A stretch of 62,426 bases of DNA, counting the filler, from Dugesia japonica (Eukaryota): assembly GCA_001938525.1 (NCBI GenBank). It is 6 parts of 6 records of this genome, joined end to end, with 100 filler letters (N's around TTAATTAATTAA, not from the genome) between each part and the next. Parts side by side here need not be neighbours in the genome. Positions count along the whole stretch, not along the records: positions 51,042 to 62,426 come from MQRL01580941.1; 5 more parts are not named here. One strand, given 5' to 3'. The translations under genes and the position numbers were made by a program. Of the stretch, positions 51,111 to 62,426 are shown in pieces (within the stretch, counting starts at the first letter, position 1; each line of letters opens with the position of its first letter). The notes under the pieces are model-generated. The model ran no database searches, was not told where the DNA came from, and worked only from the letters and a program-made list of their open reading frames with translations.

Positions 51111-52170
51111 AAATTGATAATAATTATAATTATACAGATAATAAATCATTGTAATTAAAATTTAAATAACCGTTCTGTAATATATCAACACCAATCTAAA
51201 TACAAGATAGTTTAAATTTTATAAAAAAAAACTCCAAATTAGACGATAAAATAAATTGGTTCTAAATTATTGACCTATTTCAACTTTATAAATATGATTC
51301 GGATGATTTGATATTTCATTTGACAGAAATAGTTTTCCCATTTTATTAGTACATAAGAAATGTAATGAAAATTTATTTTCTATCAAACACGACAAAAAAA
51401 ATCAATTGAATTTACACCAAGTAATTATCGGCTGAAATTTTAATTTAATTTATCCAGTTTATCTTGGCAAATTTCTTGTTTTATTTCAGAATTGATTTCC
51501 CATTTTGAAAAATCTGTAGTGAAAAAATATCGGCCGACTGAGGTATTTCAATAAGAAATTCGAAAAATGGGGATCAATTAATTATTTAAATATGATGGAG
51601 ATTTGAGTCAGGTTTGGGAATGTTGACTTAATATCGATGGGTGTGAAACATACTGCAATGCGAAATAGTGAATTTAATTAATCTCTAACTTCTACCACTT
51701 TGACCTCTGGTTGTGTTTTAAATGTTTCAATTATGGATATTAGAATGTCGGGAATGATTTGATAAATTTTTCATATAATTTCAATGAATTTTTTTTTCGT
51801 TTTATTTTTCAAAAATTTTTATGTCAATTTTTCAATGATTTTTATAATTAATGCGACTTAATTAATTTATTAAGATTTTTTTTGCGTATTAGTTTATTTA
51901 ATTTATTAGTTAAAATATTTCCTTAACGTTTTTTTTGAAATTAATTTAATTAAAATTTATTATCGATTTTGTTTCTATATATATTAAAGTAGATTTAATT
52001 TACATCTAATAATCTTGAATTTGGATAATAATTCACATTTGATGTAAAATATTATTCGGTTGAAACTCAGTAAATTTGAATTTTTTAAAAATCGATTAAT
52101 TATTAAATTTTTAAAGAAAAAATTTATAAGTGTAAGAAAATTTTATTAAAATCATTAAAACATTTACAGA

Positions 52171-52282
52171 ATGACTAAATTCGTAGCTGACAATGAAGAT
52201 ATCCGGCACTGTATCCTATACGAATATGATTGTCGTTCTAATGCGACAGAAGTTGCCAAAATGATTTGTACAATTTATGAAA
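52171..52282 (+). pseudogene. Mariner transposase N-terminal fragment
   Basis: MTKFVADNEDIRHCILYEYD..NATEVAKMICTIY. Confidence 0.6.
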
Positions 52283-52337
52283 ATATGTGACTTTGTGTTA
52301 TTAATAAATACTTTATAATTAATTTGATTGCTTAATC

Positions 52338-54450
52338 CAGAGGTCGCCAAAGTAGTCTATATAGACCCCTCAGGGGTCTATTTAATAAAAGTAGGGATCG
52401 ATCTGAGCCAAGAGGTTGAATGGGGGTCGAAGAAAACCCATTTTTAATACGCAATTCAAACATACCTAACTGCATATGTAAAATTTGTGAATGCTTTTAT
52501 AATTGACTTAATATCAGTTTCTTGTGAGAAAATAAATTAATAAACGTATATTTATTCGAGTGAATAAAGTATTTACATACCAGCGCGCAGCGGTGCCAAC
52601 TCGGCACTTCTGTCTTATGAGTCATACACATATGCGCGTTGCTCCAAATGTCACGAGCGTTGATGTAAGAAGGTAAGCATTAAGAATATTGATTAGTATA
52701 GTATACAAACTTATTTTTTACTTATTTATAGAACCCTAATTAAAAAATGGCAGCTTCAGTTTCTAAAAAGAATTTCGGTAATATTCATTGGATTATTTGA
52801 AATTTGGATTTATTTGTTCATCGATAAATGAAACAGTTCTTATATGTCTTCTATGCGAAACAAAACATTTGGAAACGAGTATATGAAACCGTCAAAAATG
52901 AAAGATCATCTTAAAATGAAAGATCATCATCATCATTTTTATCATCACTCAGATAAAAATAAATATAGAACTTGAATTTTTCAAAAAACTTAAAGAACTA
53001 TAAAACGTTTTATGAAGCAGTCTACTGAAGGAGGATTAATAGATTCGTACAAGATTTCGCTTACGGTAGCAAAGAAAGGAAAACCACACACTCTCGCTGA
53101 AGAAATTGTTATACCTGCAATTTAAGACTACATTGAGGATGTAATGACAAAAGACTCCGTTAATGTTTTCAAGTCCTTGCCATTAAGCGCAAATTCTGTT
53201 AAACGGCGTATTGACGAAATCGCAGAAGAAATATAAAATACAGTAGTTTCCGAGCTAAAAAATTGAAAGTTCTCTATTCAACTTGATGAATCTGTTTTTG
53301 GCGTTTCAACTATTTTTATGGTGTACGTGAGATATTTCAGTAAAATAAAAAGACAAGTCATTGATGAACTTTTATTTGCTAAATATCTTGAAACTGATAG
53401 AAAAGGAGTAACCATTTTTAGATGTTTACAATAATATTTAAATAAATATGATATTCCGCTTCAAAATATAATAGCAGTAGCCACAGATGGCGCATCTGCT
53501 ATGGTAGGGCGTTACCGAGGTTTTGCTACATTTCTCAAAATAAAATTGCCCGGTATACGTACTATTTATTGTGTGTTGCATAGAAACAACTTAGTGGCAA
53601 AATATCTGAGTCCAGAGTTACATAAAGCTTGTATTAAGTGTATCAATCAAATTAAAGCCCAACCTCTTAAATCAAGATTGTTTTCCAAACTCTGTGAGGA
53701 AAACGACAAGGTATTTAACCAATTACTTCTGCACACCGAAGTTATATGGTTGTCTAGACGTGTATGCTTGCCATTGCTTGTTAAGTTATTTGACTTCACG
53801 ATAGAATTTCTCAGTGAAATAAATCCTGTTCTGTGTGATGAACTCCAAAACAATAAAAACCATATTTTATATTTAGCGGAATTATTTGAAAAATTAAATG
53901 CCGTCCAAACGAAGCTGTAAGAAAAAGATGTAACAATAATTCAAGCTTGGACAATACTGTTAGGATTCCAAGTAAAATTAAATTTATTTAGATCTTTATT
54001 GCTATGTAAGGATTATCAGTATTTTTCAAACCTGCGACATTTAGAAATAAAAGAAGAAGACTTAAATATATATACAAGTCATCTTGAAAAATTAAGAGAC
54101 CATTTTAAACTGCGATTTGTTGATTTGGAAAACATTTACATCCCTGAATGGATTATTGCATCATTTTCCGCTCAAATTGAAAACCTAGATACCAACCTGC
54201 AAGATGCGTTTGCTGATTTAATATAATGCAAAAATCTGTAAAACTTTTCGAAATACCTGAGCCATTTATGCTGGCATTTCCAAGTTCCTATACGGTTAAA
54301 GCCGGTTTCAGTCACGTAAATTCAATCTTAAATAAGTTCAGAAATAAATTAAATCTGGAGTTTCGAGGAGATTTAAGATTAAAATTGACAAATTTTGAAC
54401 CCAATATAGTGAACTTTGCAAAGAAACACCAGCCACACCCATCTCATTGA
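52338..54450 (+). mobile_element. hAT Buster/Charlie-type transposon, decayed; transposase about 52747-54450
   Basis: TIR CAGAGGTCGCCAAAGT; ATAGACCCC..GGGGTCTAT palindrome; KPHTLAEE, LPLSANSVKRRI, SIQLDES, ATDGASAMVG, CVLH, LLHTEVIWLSR, FPSSY, RGDLRLKL and HPSH*. Right TIR not seen. Confidence 0.9.
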
Positions 54451-54649
54451 TTAAGAAGCAATAAATCTGTAGTTACTTTACTTATTATTTTTACTTGTTT
54501 ATAATTACTTATTATTTAATAAATATTAAGTTATTTAAATTTCACCATTAGGATATTTTTCATAAAACTTTAGTTACACAATCTGAAATTTCTTTAATAA
54601 ATGCTAAAAATCATAAAATAAATGAACAGTATTCGTAAAAAGTCTGTTC

Positions 54650-55996
54650 ACCCCCTATAAAGAGCAAGAGATAATAAAAGATTTACAGAATCTTGTAAGC
54701 TATCAATGTGGGGATGAAGAACTTGAGGTNNNNNNNNNNNNNNNNNNNNNNNNNNNNNNNNNNNNNNNNNNNNNNNNNNTTTACAGAATCTTGTAAGCTA
54801 TCAATGTGGGGATGAAGAACTTGAGGTTTTTTTTAAAGAGTGGAAGATTTGGTCGATAAAAAATATTTAGCAAATGAAGAACTGGCGAAAGAAAAACTCT
54901 TATCAAAAAAGTTAATAATTTGTGCAAATAGTAAAAAAGCAGAAGAAGAGATTATCATGCGAAAATTGGAGAAAGTAGAAGATTTAAAATAAACTTTATC
55001 ATTATTTGAAAAAATAGAAAATAGAGAACCTATTAATGTAGTAAAGAGTTGCGTTGGTGTAACATGTGGAGAATGTTTCGGAGAAATGAGACAAAATATT
55101 GAAAGAGTTATAAAAAGAACAGAACCACAGTGTTGGATTAGCCAGAGTTATGGGCATACGAAAAGAGAGTGTCCAAAAAATTCTCATGTTGAATGTTGAA
55201 CTTGTTACAANAAAGGNCATTTAAGTAGAAATTGTCCAGACAAGAAACCACCAAAATATTTTGGGTGTGGTAAGATTGGTCATATCAGAAGGATGTGCAC
55301 AGAAATTGTATGCGGTAGATGTAAAAGACCGGGTCACAGAGTAGAAGAATTTTATTCGAACATTAATAAACCTAGACTAGAAGAGAGAAGATACAATTTT
55401 CAAAGCGGATAACAAACAAAAGATTGGAGTCGAACAAAACCAATTCATGCCATTCAAAAAGAAGATGATGAAGAGAATGAAGATATATTTTCTGGGAGCA
55501 TAATAGAAAATNAAGATCCAAGAAGAGAATACCCAAAAGGCAGGGCTCCATCAGAAGAGGAGTTGGTCGGAGCCATTCATTAAACAAGTTAACATTTGAA
55601 TATTCTCAAGAGGCCGAGAAATGGGATGAGATGAGTAAAGTGAGAGAAAAGGTTTACAAATTTCTAAAAAGAGAACGTTCCAATGACTCGGAAGTTAACA
55701 AAGCAGAAGTGATATAAATAATTGAAGAGAAACAGAATGTAGAAATTCCGTATGGTAAAATGCAAGGAAGACCTAGCATTTCAGTGATGATCAAGGGTGA
55801 ACATTTTGATTGTTTGTTGGATACTGGAGCAAGAATAAATGTGATGAGCATGAAAGGATTTAATAGACTCGGAGAAACAATGTTAGAGAAAAGCGGCGAA
55901 CGATTGCATTGCGCGAATAAAGGCTCTTGGTGAAACAATTGGAAAGATACTAGTCGAAGTTGTAGTTTCAGAGGTGTGCAAAGAAGTAACATTTAT
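54650..55996 (+). mobile_element. Decayed Ty3/gypsy gag-protease fragment
   Basis: Tandem zinc knuckles (GHLSRNC, GCGKIGHIRRMC, CGRCKRPGH) and protease CLLDTGARINVMS. Confidence 0.8.
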
Positions 55997-56974
55997 NNNN
56001 NNNNNNNNNNNNNNNNNNNNNNNNNNNNNNNNNNNNNNNNNNNNNNNNNNNNNNNNNNNNNNNNNNNNNNNNNNNNNNNNNNNNNNNNNNNNNNNNNNNN
56101 NNNNNNNNNNNNNNNNNNNNNNNNNNNNNNNNNNNNNNNNNNNNNNNNNNNNNNNNNNNNNNNNNNNNNNTTAGTGAAACTAATGAGATTTTCTCATTTT
56201 GACGAAATAGGAGATTTAAAATAAAACAAAATAAATTTTTATTATTGAAGCTCGAGTAAAAATATAATTAGCTCTATAAGACAGTTTTTTTAAAAGAACA
56301 GATTTAAAACTTTTTATCTTTGAAAACAAAATTTAATAAAATCAAAAGTATATTTAAAATTATATCAANAAAATAAACTATAAAATAAATTACTAAAATT
56401 AAAGGATTTTTTAAAATATAAAATAAAATGAATAAGATTTTTATTATAATATATTTTTTTAAATAAAATATATTTTAAAAAGAATAAAATATAAAATTAA
56501 ATTTTTATTGTATTTAATCAAGCTTGCCCGAGAGGCATGATATATCTTACAATATGAACATGTTCCTTTTCGAAGCTCTGCAATTAACACTGACAAAAAA
56601 ACGTCAAATAGAAAATCCATCGGCAACTGTGATTGCACAAATTATATTCCTTGCGCAAGCATAGTAAAAAATCGTTGTAATTGTGGATGCCTTATTGATG
56701 TCTGAATTACATGTGATAACACAACCATCGTGTTAAATATGCATTCCATGAACAGCGGTAGTGACTCAATCACAATGATAAAGAAAACTGAATGATGTTG
56801 CATATAAATTTTAAAACAATATCAATCCCATCTTTAATAAAATCGAAGTTTAATTAACTCGTACCCCTTATTATNNNNNNNNNNNNNNNNNNNNNNNNNN
56901 NNNNNNNNNNNNNNNNNNNNNNNNNNNNNNNNNNNNNNNNNNNNNNNNNNNNNNNNNNNNNNAATGTTTGATGA

Positions 56975-58156
56975 TCATAAACAATTTGAAGTATTATTCT
57001 GTAAGTTGCCTTGAATGAATTCTTGTAAGGAGATATCATATAATAATGCATTTCTTTGTAAAACTTCAACACAAGGTCCTAATAAACGCTCAAAACTAGA
57101 TCTCTCCAATATCCCAATCACAGATTTTTCCAAACAGACGACAGTTGCAGCTCGTGGTCGATTTGTCATCAATGAAAGCTCGCCAAAATATTGACCCTTT
57201 TCTAAAATAACTATTTGTTTTCTTGTATTTCCACTATCCACATATACTCCAACTTTCCCTCTTTCAATGAAATACATATGCTTTCCAACATCTCCTTGAT
57301 GGATAATGATAGAATCTTTTTCATATGTTTTCATATGAATAGCATCTGCAATATTTATCTTTTCATCATTAGTTAATGAATCAAAAAGAGGTACTGATGA
57401 TATAAAATTGACATATGTTAATCTTTTTTCATGTGCCTTTAGTATCACAATACTTTTAAACGTTTTCCTATTCATATACCAAAGGATTCCAGCAGTTCTT
57501 GCAATAACTGTTGCTGATCTTGGTGAATTATATAATAAAGAAAGTTCACCGAAAGATCCTTGATTGTTATACGTATTGATATGTTCTAAAGCATTGTATT
57601 TATTTTTAATGTAAACATCAAATATTCCCGATTGAATTACATAGAAATGATCACCAGGATCTCCTTGTTGAATAATAATATCATCAGCTTTCACTATTAA
57701 GATATTCATAGCGATAATTACATCATGAATTTCGTCATCAGCAAGTGTTTTGAAAATCGTTATTTTTGAAATAAGCCGTTTTAAGGTCTCTATTTCTGAT
57801 GACGTTTTAACATTTGTTTGGACAATTTCTCCGGAATTGTATATCTGGAAATCGTACGGATTCCAGCTTTCTGAAGAGATAGCGAATCGGCGTCTATTTG
57901 TTTTTGGCTCAAATTCAATTTCTTCTGAACTATCAATGCTCGATCTATTTTTCGAAATTGAAGTGTCCAGTTTTCTATCAAAAGCCACTGATTTTGAATT
58001 ATCTGTATTTCGATTTTCAAATAAATTATGGAAATAATTTGCCGAAAATTCTAATAGATTTGTCGGTTTGTTTTTTAATGCGTCCAATGTAAAATCTATT
58101 AATAATTCTCTAATTTCTAAATTTAATGGAAGATTTTTACAGTCCACAAATGACAT
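56975..58156 (-). CDS. PRKAR2: cAMP-dependent protein kinase regulatory subunit (RII-like), intronless, 393 aa from ATG 58156
   Basis: RIIa-type D/D domain (ELLIDFTLDALKNKPTNLLEFSANYF), inhibitor site RRFAISSE, two CNB domains (QGDPGDHFYVI..FGELSLLYNSPRSATV; YFGELSLMTNRPRAATV) and FERLLGPC. Confidence 0.92.
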   Translation of the reverse strand: MSFVDCKNLPLNLEIRELLIDFTLDALKNKPTNLLEFSANYFHNLFENRNTDNSKSVAFDRKLDTSISKNRSSIDSSEEIEFEPKTNRRRFAISSESWNPYDFQIYNSGEIVQTNVKTSSEIETLKRLISKITIFKTLADDEIHDVIIAMNILIVKADDIIIQQGDPGDHFYVIQSGIFDVYIKNKYNALEHINTYNNQGSFGELSLLYNSPRSATVIARTAGILWYMNRKTFKSIVILKAHEKRLTYVNFISSVPLFDSLTNDEKINIADAIHMKTYEKDSIIIHQGDVGKHMYFIERGKVGVYVDSGNTRKQIVILEKGQYFGELSLMTNRPRAATVVCLEKSVIGILERSSFERLLGPCVEVLQRNALLYDISLQEFIQGNLQNNTSNCL

Positions 58157-58930
58157 TAAACTATCGATTTTCAAATTGATTTCCAAAAATTTTATTTAAA
58201 AAATCAAATAATTGAAAAACAGTTATTATTCATTATATTCCCATTGATAACGTTTGGGTTATCTATACAAATTAATGCATTAAAAATAAATATTCCGCGA
58301 AAACATTGATTTATTGCATAAGAAACGCAACATATACTAGATGTGCATTTTCTAAACATTTTCATATAAAAACAATAGGTACAAGGAATATATAAGATGC
58401 GCATTAACGATTGGAAAATACGATATTTGCTTCAATAGTTTCATTAAAGATCAGATGAAATGTAAAAATTTGTTTTAACAACCAAATTAGTTAGAAAAGC
58501 ATAATTTCGATTTGGAAATTGAAATTATTTTGATGATAATCATTAAAATTAACATTTGAACTTAATTATTTTACGAAAAGGAGAATTATTATCGAATTTA
58601 TTAGTTCAATATTTTCAACACAATTTTCCATAAAACTTATTTATCACAATAATTTCAATTCTTGAGAATAGTTTTCAAACTTTTTATCTACTTTCTGCTT
58701 GAAATTTTCCACCATTTCCTATCATTCAATGAATATTTAAACAAATTTGTCTTAAAATTAAGTTAAATTAAAAAGCAATTTGTTAAAATAAACTACTTAA
58801 TTAAAAAATCACCAAACTCACAATTTTACACTAATATTAAAAGCATCATTCAAAGAAATAATGGTTTTTTTTAATTATTTATGCTTAAAAAGTTTCATAC
58901 AAATAATTTACTATCCAAANNNTTTCAAAA

Positions 58931-59500
58931 TATTGGGTCGTCCGAAAAGTAAATGCTGATTTTTAAAAAAAATTCAAAAGTAATTAATTTAGACTTCTAA
59001 ATACATTTATTAAATTACATTTTGTAACACATTCTTTCTCCGTCTTTCACGCAATTTAAAGATTCCATCCTTTAAGAACTTATGAAGTTTTCCGGCGAAA
59101 AAAATTATCAAGATGATTTTTTATATCAAAGTTTTTGCCAATTAGCAAAGACCTAAATAAGTTGAAATCTGTTGGTGCCATTTCTGGTGAATAAGGTAGT
59201 GTGGTAGCACTTCCTAACCGATCTTCAAACACTTGTTTTCTAGTAGCCAAATACACATCAGAGCTCACATTGTCCTGATGAAATACTAATCCCTTTCAAT
59301 TGCCTAGTGCTAGACATTATATTTAATTTCTTTGTTTAATTCATAAAATTGAAAACCATACCTTTCGGAATTTATCGTTCAATTAGTTAGTAAAAGTTCA
59401 AAAAACAATTTCTTGTCAATCTCATCAGATATAGTGCATAACATTTTTTGAATGAAGACCGCCTTTCAGGGTGCTTAATGGTGATAATATTCGATTTATT
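58931..59500 (-). mobile_element. Decayed mariner transposon 3' half with TIR
   Basis: FHQDN and LPYSPEMAPTDFNLFRSL; TA-TTGGGTCGTCCGAAAAGT terminus at 58931. Confidence 0.75.
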
Positions 59501-60149
59501 CTTTGTTTTGTGATTTTAACGTCAAGCATGCATTTTTCGATATTGGTTCTTTATACAACGTATAGACAGTTTTTAACTGTCAATTAAATGGTATAAAAGT
59601 CAAGCTCAAATGATACAAAATTGGAAACTAGACAAAGCTTTTAAACTTTAAAATTTTAAATCTTTAATAACTCATTTCTAATATGTTGGATTGAGAATCT
59701 GACATAGCAGTAATCTTCTTTAATGTCTTATGAGTCCAACGATATTTTAAGAGTGATTCATAGATTTTAAAATATCTGGGAAATGTTTTAATTTGGTATA
59801 TATTATATTATATTACATGAAAAATTTTTTTTNNNNNNNNNNNNNNNNNNNNNTAAAAAAGCAAAAACAGATTTTTAAAATATAAAACATTTTTTAAATA
59901 CTAAGTATTTAAATAATTTCTATATATTATATTAGATAAAATTATAAAAGTATAAAAATTATTTTAAAAAATTATGTTGAAAAATAATTAAAAATATATG
60001 TAAAGAAAATTTTTTTGTAAAATTAAAATCGATATTTTTTAAATATTTTATTGCAAATTGAAATTAAATTTCTCAAAATATTCGTTTGAATAATATGGAT
60101 TATTCTTCATCTTTTTTCACTTTAATCAAAAACTTTGTGATAAGAAATA

Positions 60150-62366
60150 AAAACTTATGGAGAGTTGTGAGATTTTGAATTTAACTAACATGGCGATAAA
60201 CGCATCATTGGATTTGCTAAAAGAATTTTCCAAATTGGGGATGATGTCAAAATTTTATCATGAAGACAACAAAATTTTGTGATCTATACAAAATAAAGAA
60301 ATGCTTTAGAAATTTGGTTGCAAAGAGCTAATAATGAATAGTTTCAATGACATAAAGATTAAACATAAGATAAAATCCAGAAAAATAGAAAAAGTAGAAG
60401 ACGCATTTGAAGCAATAAAAGAGTGGGAATACATAAAAGACNAAGTAAAAACTGAAGAAATAAATGTAGTTCGTAACTACAGAGATGCAGTTTGCAGAAG
60501 TCCAGAACAAAGAAATTTCAACACGAGTCGTAATGAAGGAATACAACAGAACAGAAAAAATGAAAGACGAGAAATCTCGTGTTGGACCTGTAACAAAATA
60601 AGTCGTGTAAGCAGAAATTGTCAAGAACAACACTTAAGAAGAGACTGTATCAAAGTTAGTTGCTCAAGATGCAACAAGAAAGGTCACCACACATAGAACT
60701 GTTACACAAATATGAACAGACAGCATCTGATGAATGGATTCAAACGACAAACAAATTTGCTGCGTTTAATCAAATGAAGCTATCGTTTGCGTTTGATATG
60801 TTAATGAGACGAGATGCGAAAGAATTATGGGTGGAGAAAAAATGGAAAATGCAAAGAAGGTATTATTTTGACGAACGAGGTCTGCGAAAAATGGTTTTGT
60901 GAATCCTTTGTAATTTCAGAGACACTGGTAGATAAAATAACACTTTTGTCAAAGATCAAACAAAACCCAACTGAAAGTATCGTAATTTTGAGTTAAGAGT
61001 AAGAAAAATAGTAAACAAATTTCTTGCGAGTTAATAAACTCTAGATGAAATTGCAACAATATTTCTAATTAATGGTGTAAAAAGCGAAAAATTAAAAGAA
61101 TCCTTTGTTCTTCAACCAGAACTTACTGATATTCAAAGACGAGAATTAGCTTACATATATTCTGTTAATGTGGTAAAGTGACGAAAGATGATTATCAGTC
61201 AAAGTTTTCAAAAATGCATCCACGAATGAATACTCTTAACGATCCAAGTCAAGAAATTGGCTAATTGTTTTCAAAGAGAATCAGTATTATGAAAGTGAAA
61301 TTCAGACCCAAAGACGCGTCCAAAACAATAGTTTTTTTCAATACTCTATGAACAATATATATAGCCAATAAGCTTTATTGTAAAGCCAAAGGAAAGAATC
61401 CTCCGTGCGAAGAAGTTTTTGCACAGGGAGTATATTTCTGCTGTGGAGATACAAGACATAGAAGAATGAATTGTTCATTAAAAGATAAATGTTTAATATG
61501 TGGAAAAGAAGGTCATAATTTTCGAGATTGCGCATTAATTCGAATAAGAAATTCTTCATTTCCAGATATTATGTATTGCAGAAAAATATGTTATCTTACA
61601 ATGGTGAACAAATTGAGTATATACACGATGTTTCTTTTGACGATGATGATAAAAAAACGATAAATAACAGAGAAAATACTCCATGATGAAAGATTAATGT
61701 TTGATGGTAAGATGTTTTTAGAAGAGATATGGGAAAGAATGGAGTTTAATGCGTTACAATGAATATGATATTGAAATGTTGTGGGATTCAGGAGCAGCAA
61801 TATTAGTCATAAGTGCGGATGTGTTGAGAAGAATTGGATAACTTAATCTATCGACGTCACACATGGTTCTAGCAGGAGTGTTTTCAAAAAAAGGAGAAAA
61901 ATATATCGGAAAAACTAAACTGAAGTTACAATGGTATTGAAAGCTAAAAGATAAAGAATTAGTAATTGTTAAAAATATTTTTTCAAAGTTTATCAGAGGT
62001 ATTGATATGAAAATCACTGAAGTTGATTTTATTAACTCAAACGATAGAAAGTTATTTACCGATAATACAGAAAAAGGGAAAAATGACTTTAATACTTCAT
62101 ATAATGTAAGTGACGAAGTAATAGAAATGATAGAAACTTACAAAGATATATTCATGACATCAAAATTTGATCTTGGATATACAAAACTGATGCAACATCA
62201 TATTGAAACGACAGGACCTCCAATAATGATAAACTCGAGAAGACAGACAATGCACTTGGAAAATAAAATAGATGAATTGTTAGACAATCTTAGAAAATCA
62301 AATATTACAAGAAGTTGCAGAAGTCCGTGGAATTCCCCATTGGTAATTGTACCAGTTAGAAAATAG
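60150..62366 (+). mobile_element. Nested or decayed Ty3/gypsy fragments: two gag remnants, protease and RT start
   Basis: CWTCNK..C and CSRCNKKGH; CGDTRHRRMNC and CLICGKEGHNFRDC; LWDSGAA protease at about 61780; HHIETTGPPI..SPWNSPLVIV. Confidence 0.8.
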
Positions 62367-62426
62367 TGATTATTTAAACATTCAATTTTGTTTGAATAAT
62401 ACAAAATATTTATTCTTAAATAAATA

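Noticed and set aside
56520-56790. Small Cys-rich frame (NCDCTNYIPC..RCNCGC)
   Set aside because: Too short, with no clear start or splice support and no recognisable family.

Overview
Very AT-rich eukaryotic (metazoan) genomic DNA. The 44-53 bp minimal GT-AG introns, AAT/AT microsatellites and TE spectrum suggest an invertebrate such as a planarian flatworm, but that is inference only. The window is six contigs joined by artificial 100-nt linkers (N44-TTAATTAATTAA-N44 at 10121, 19931, 31011, 41087 and 50942), so adjacency across linkers is not evidence. Host genes: a 4-exon eIF2-beta (minus), four exons of a KCC/SLC12 K-Cl cotransporter (plus), an intronless PKA regulatory subunit (minus), a secreted Asn-rich tandem-repeat protein and an orphan single-pass membrane ORF. 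Most of the rest is decayed TEs (hAT, MULE, mariner, Ty3/gypsy, Penelope with a hammerhead ribozyme, Polinton/Maverick). The standout is contig 20031-31010, a decayed virus-like Ty3/gypsy element. A chuvirus/gB-like class III fusion glycoprotein sits UPSTREAM of, and apparently in the same polyprotein as, PR-RT-RH-IN. The polyprotein continues through a signal peptide into a DEDDh-exonuclease-like domain and an acidic tail. A captured RNF10-like RING E3 ligase (its RING is missed by the ORF track), a PPT and an LTR follow. The 5' end is fused to a Polinton module (pX-like peptide, chromo-integrase, penton start), and the contig is bracketed by two inverted copies of the same LTR-like repeat. 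A second notable signal is a pseudoknotted RNA structure, conserved by compensatory changes in two diverged copies (about 9360-9475 and 13921-14043), each lying in front of homologous coiled-coil ORF pairs. All family assignments come from reading motifs by eye; no searches were run.
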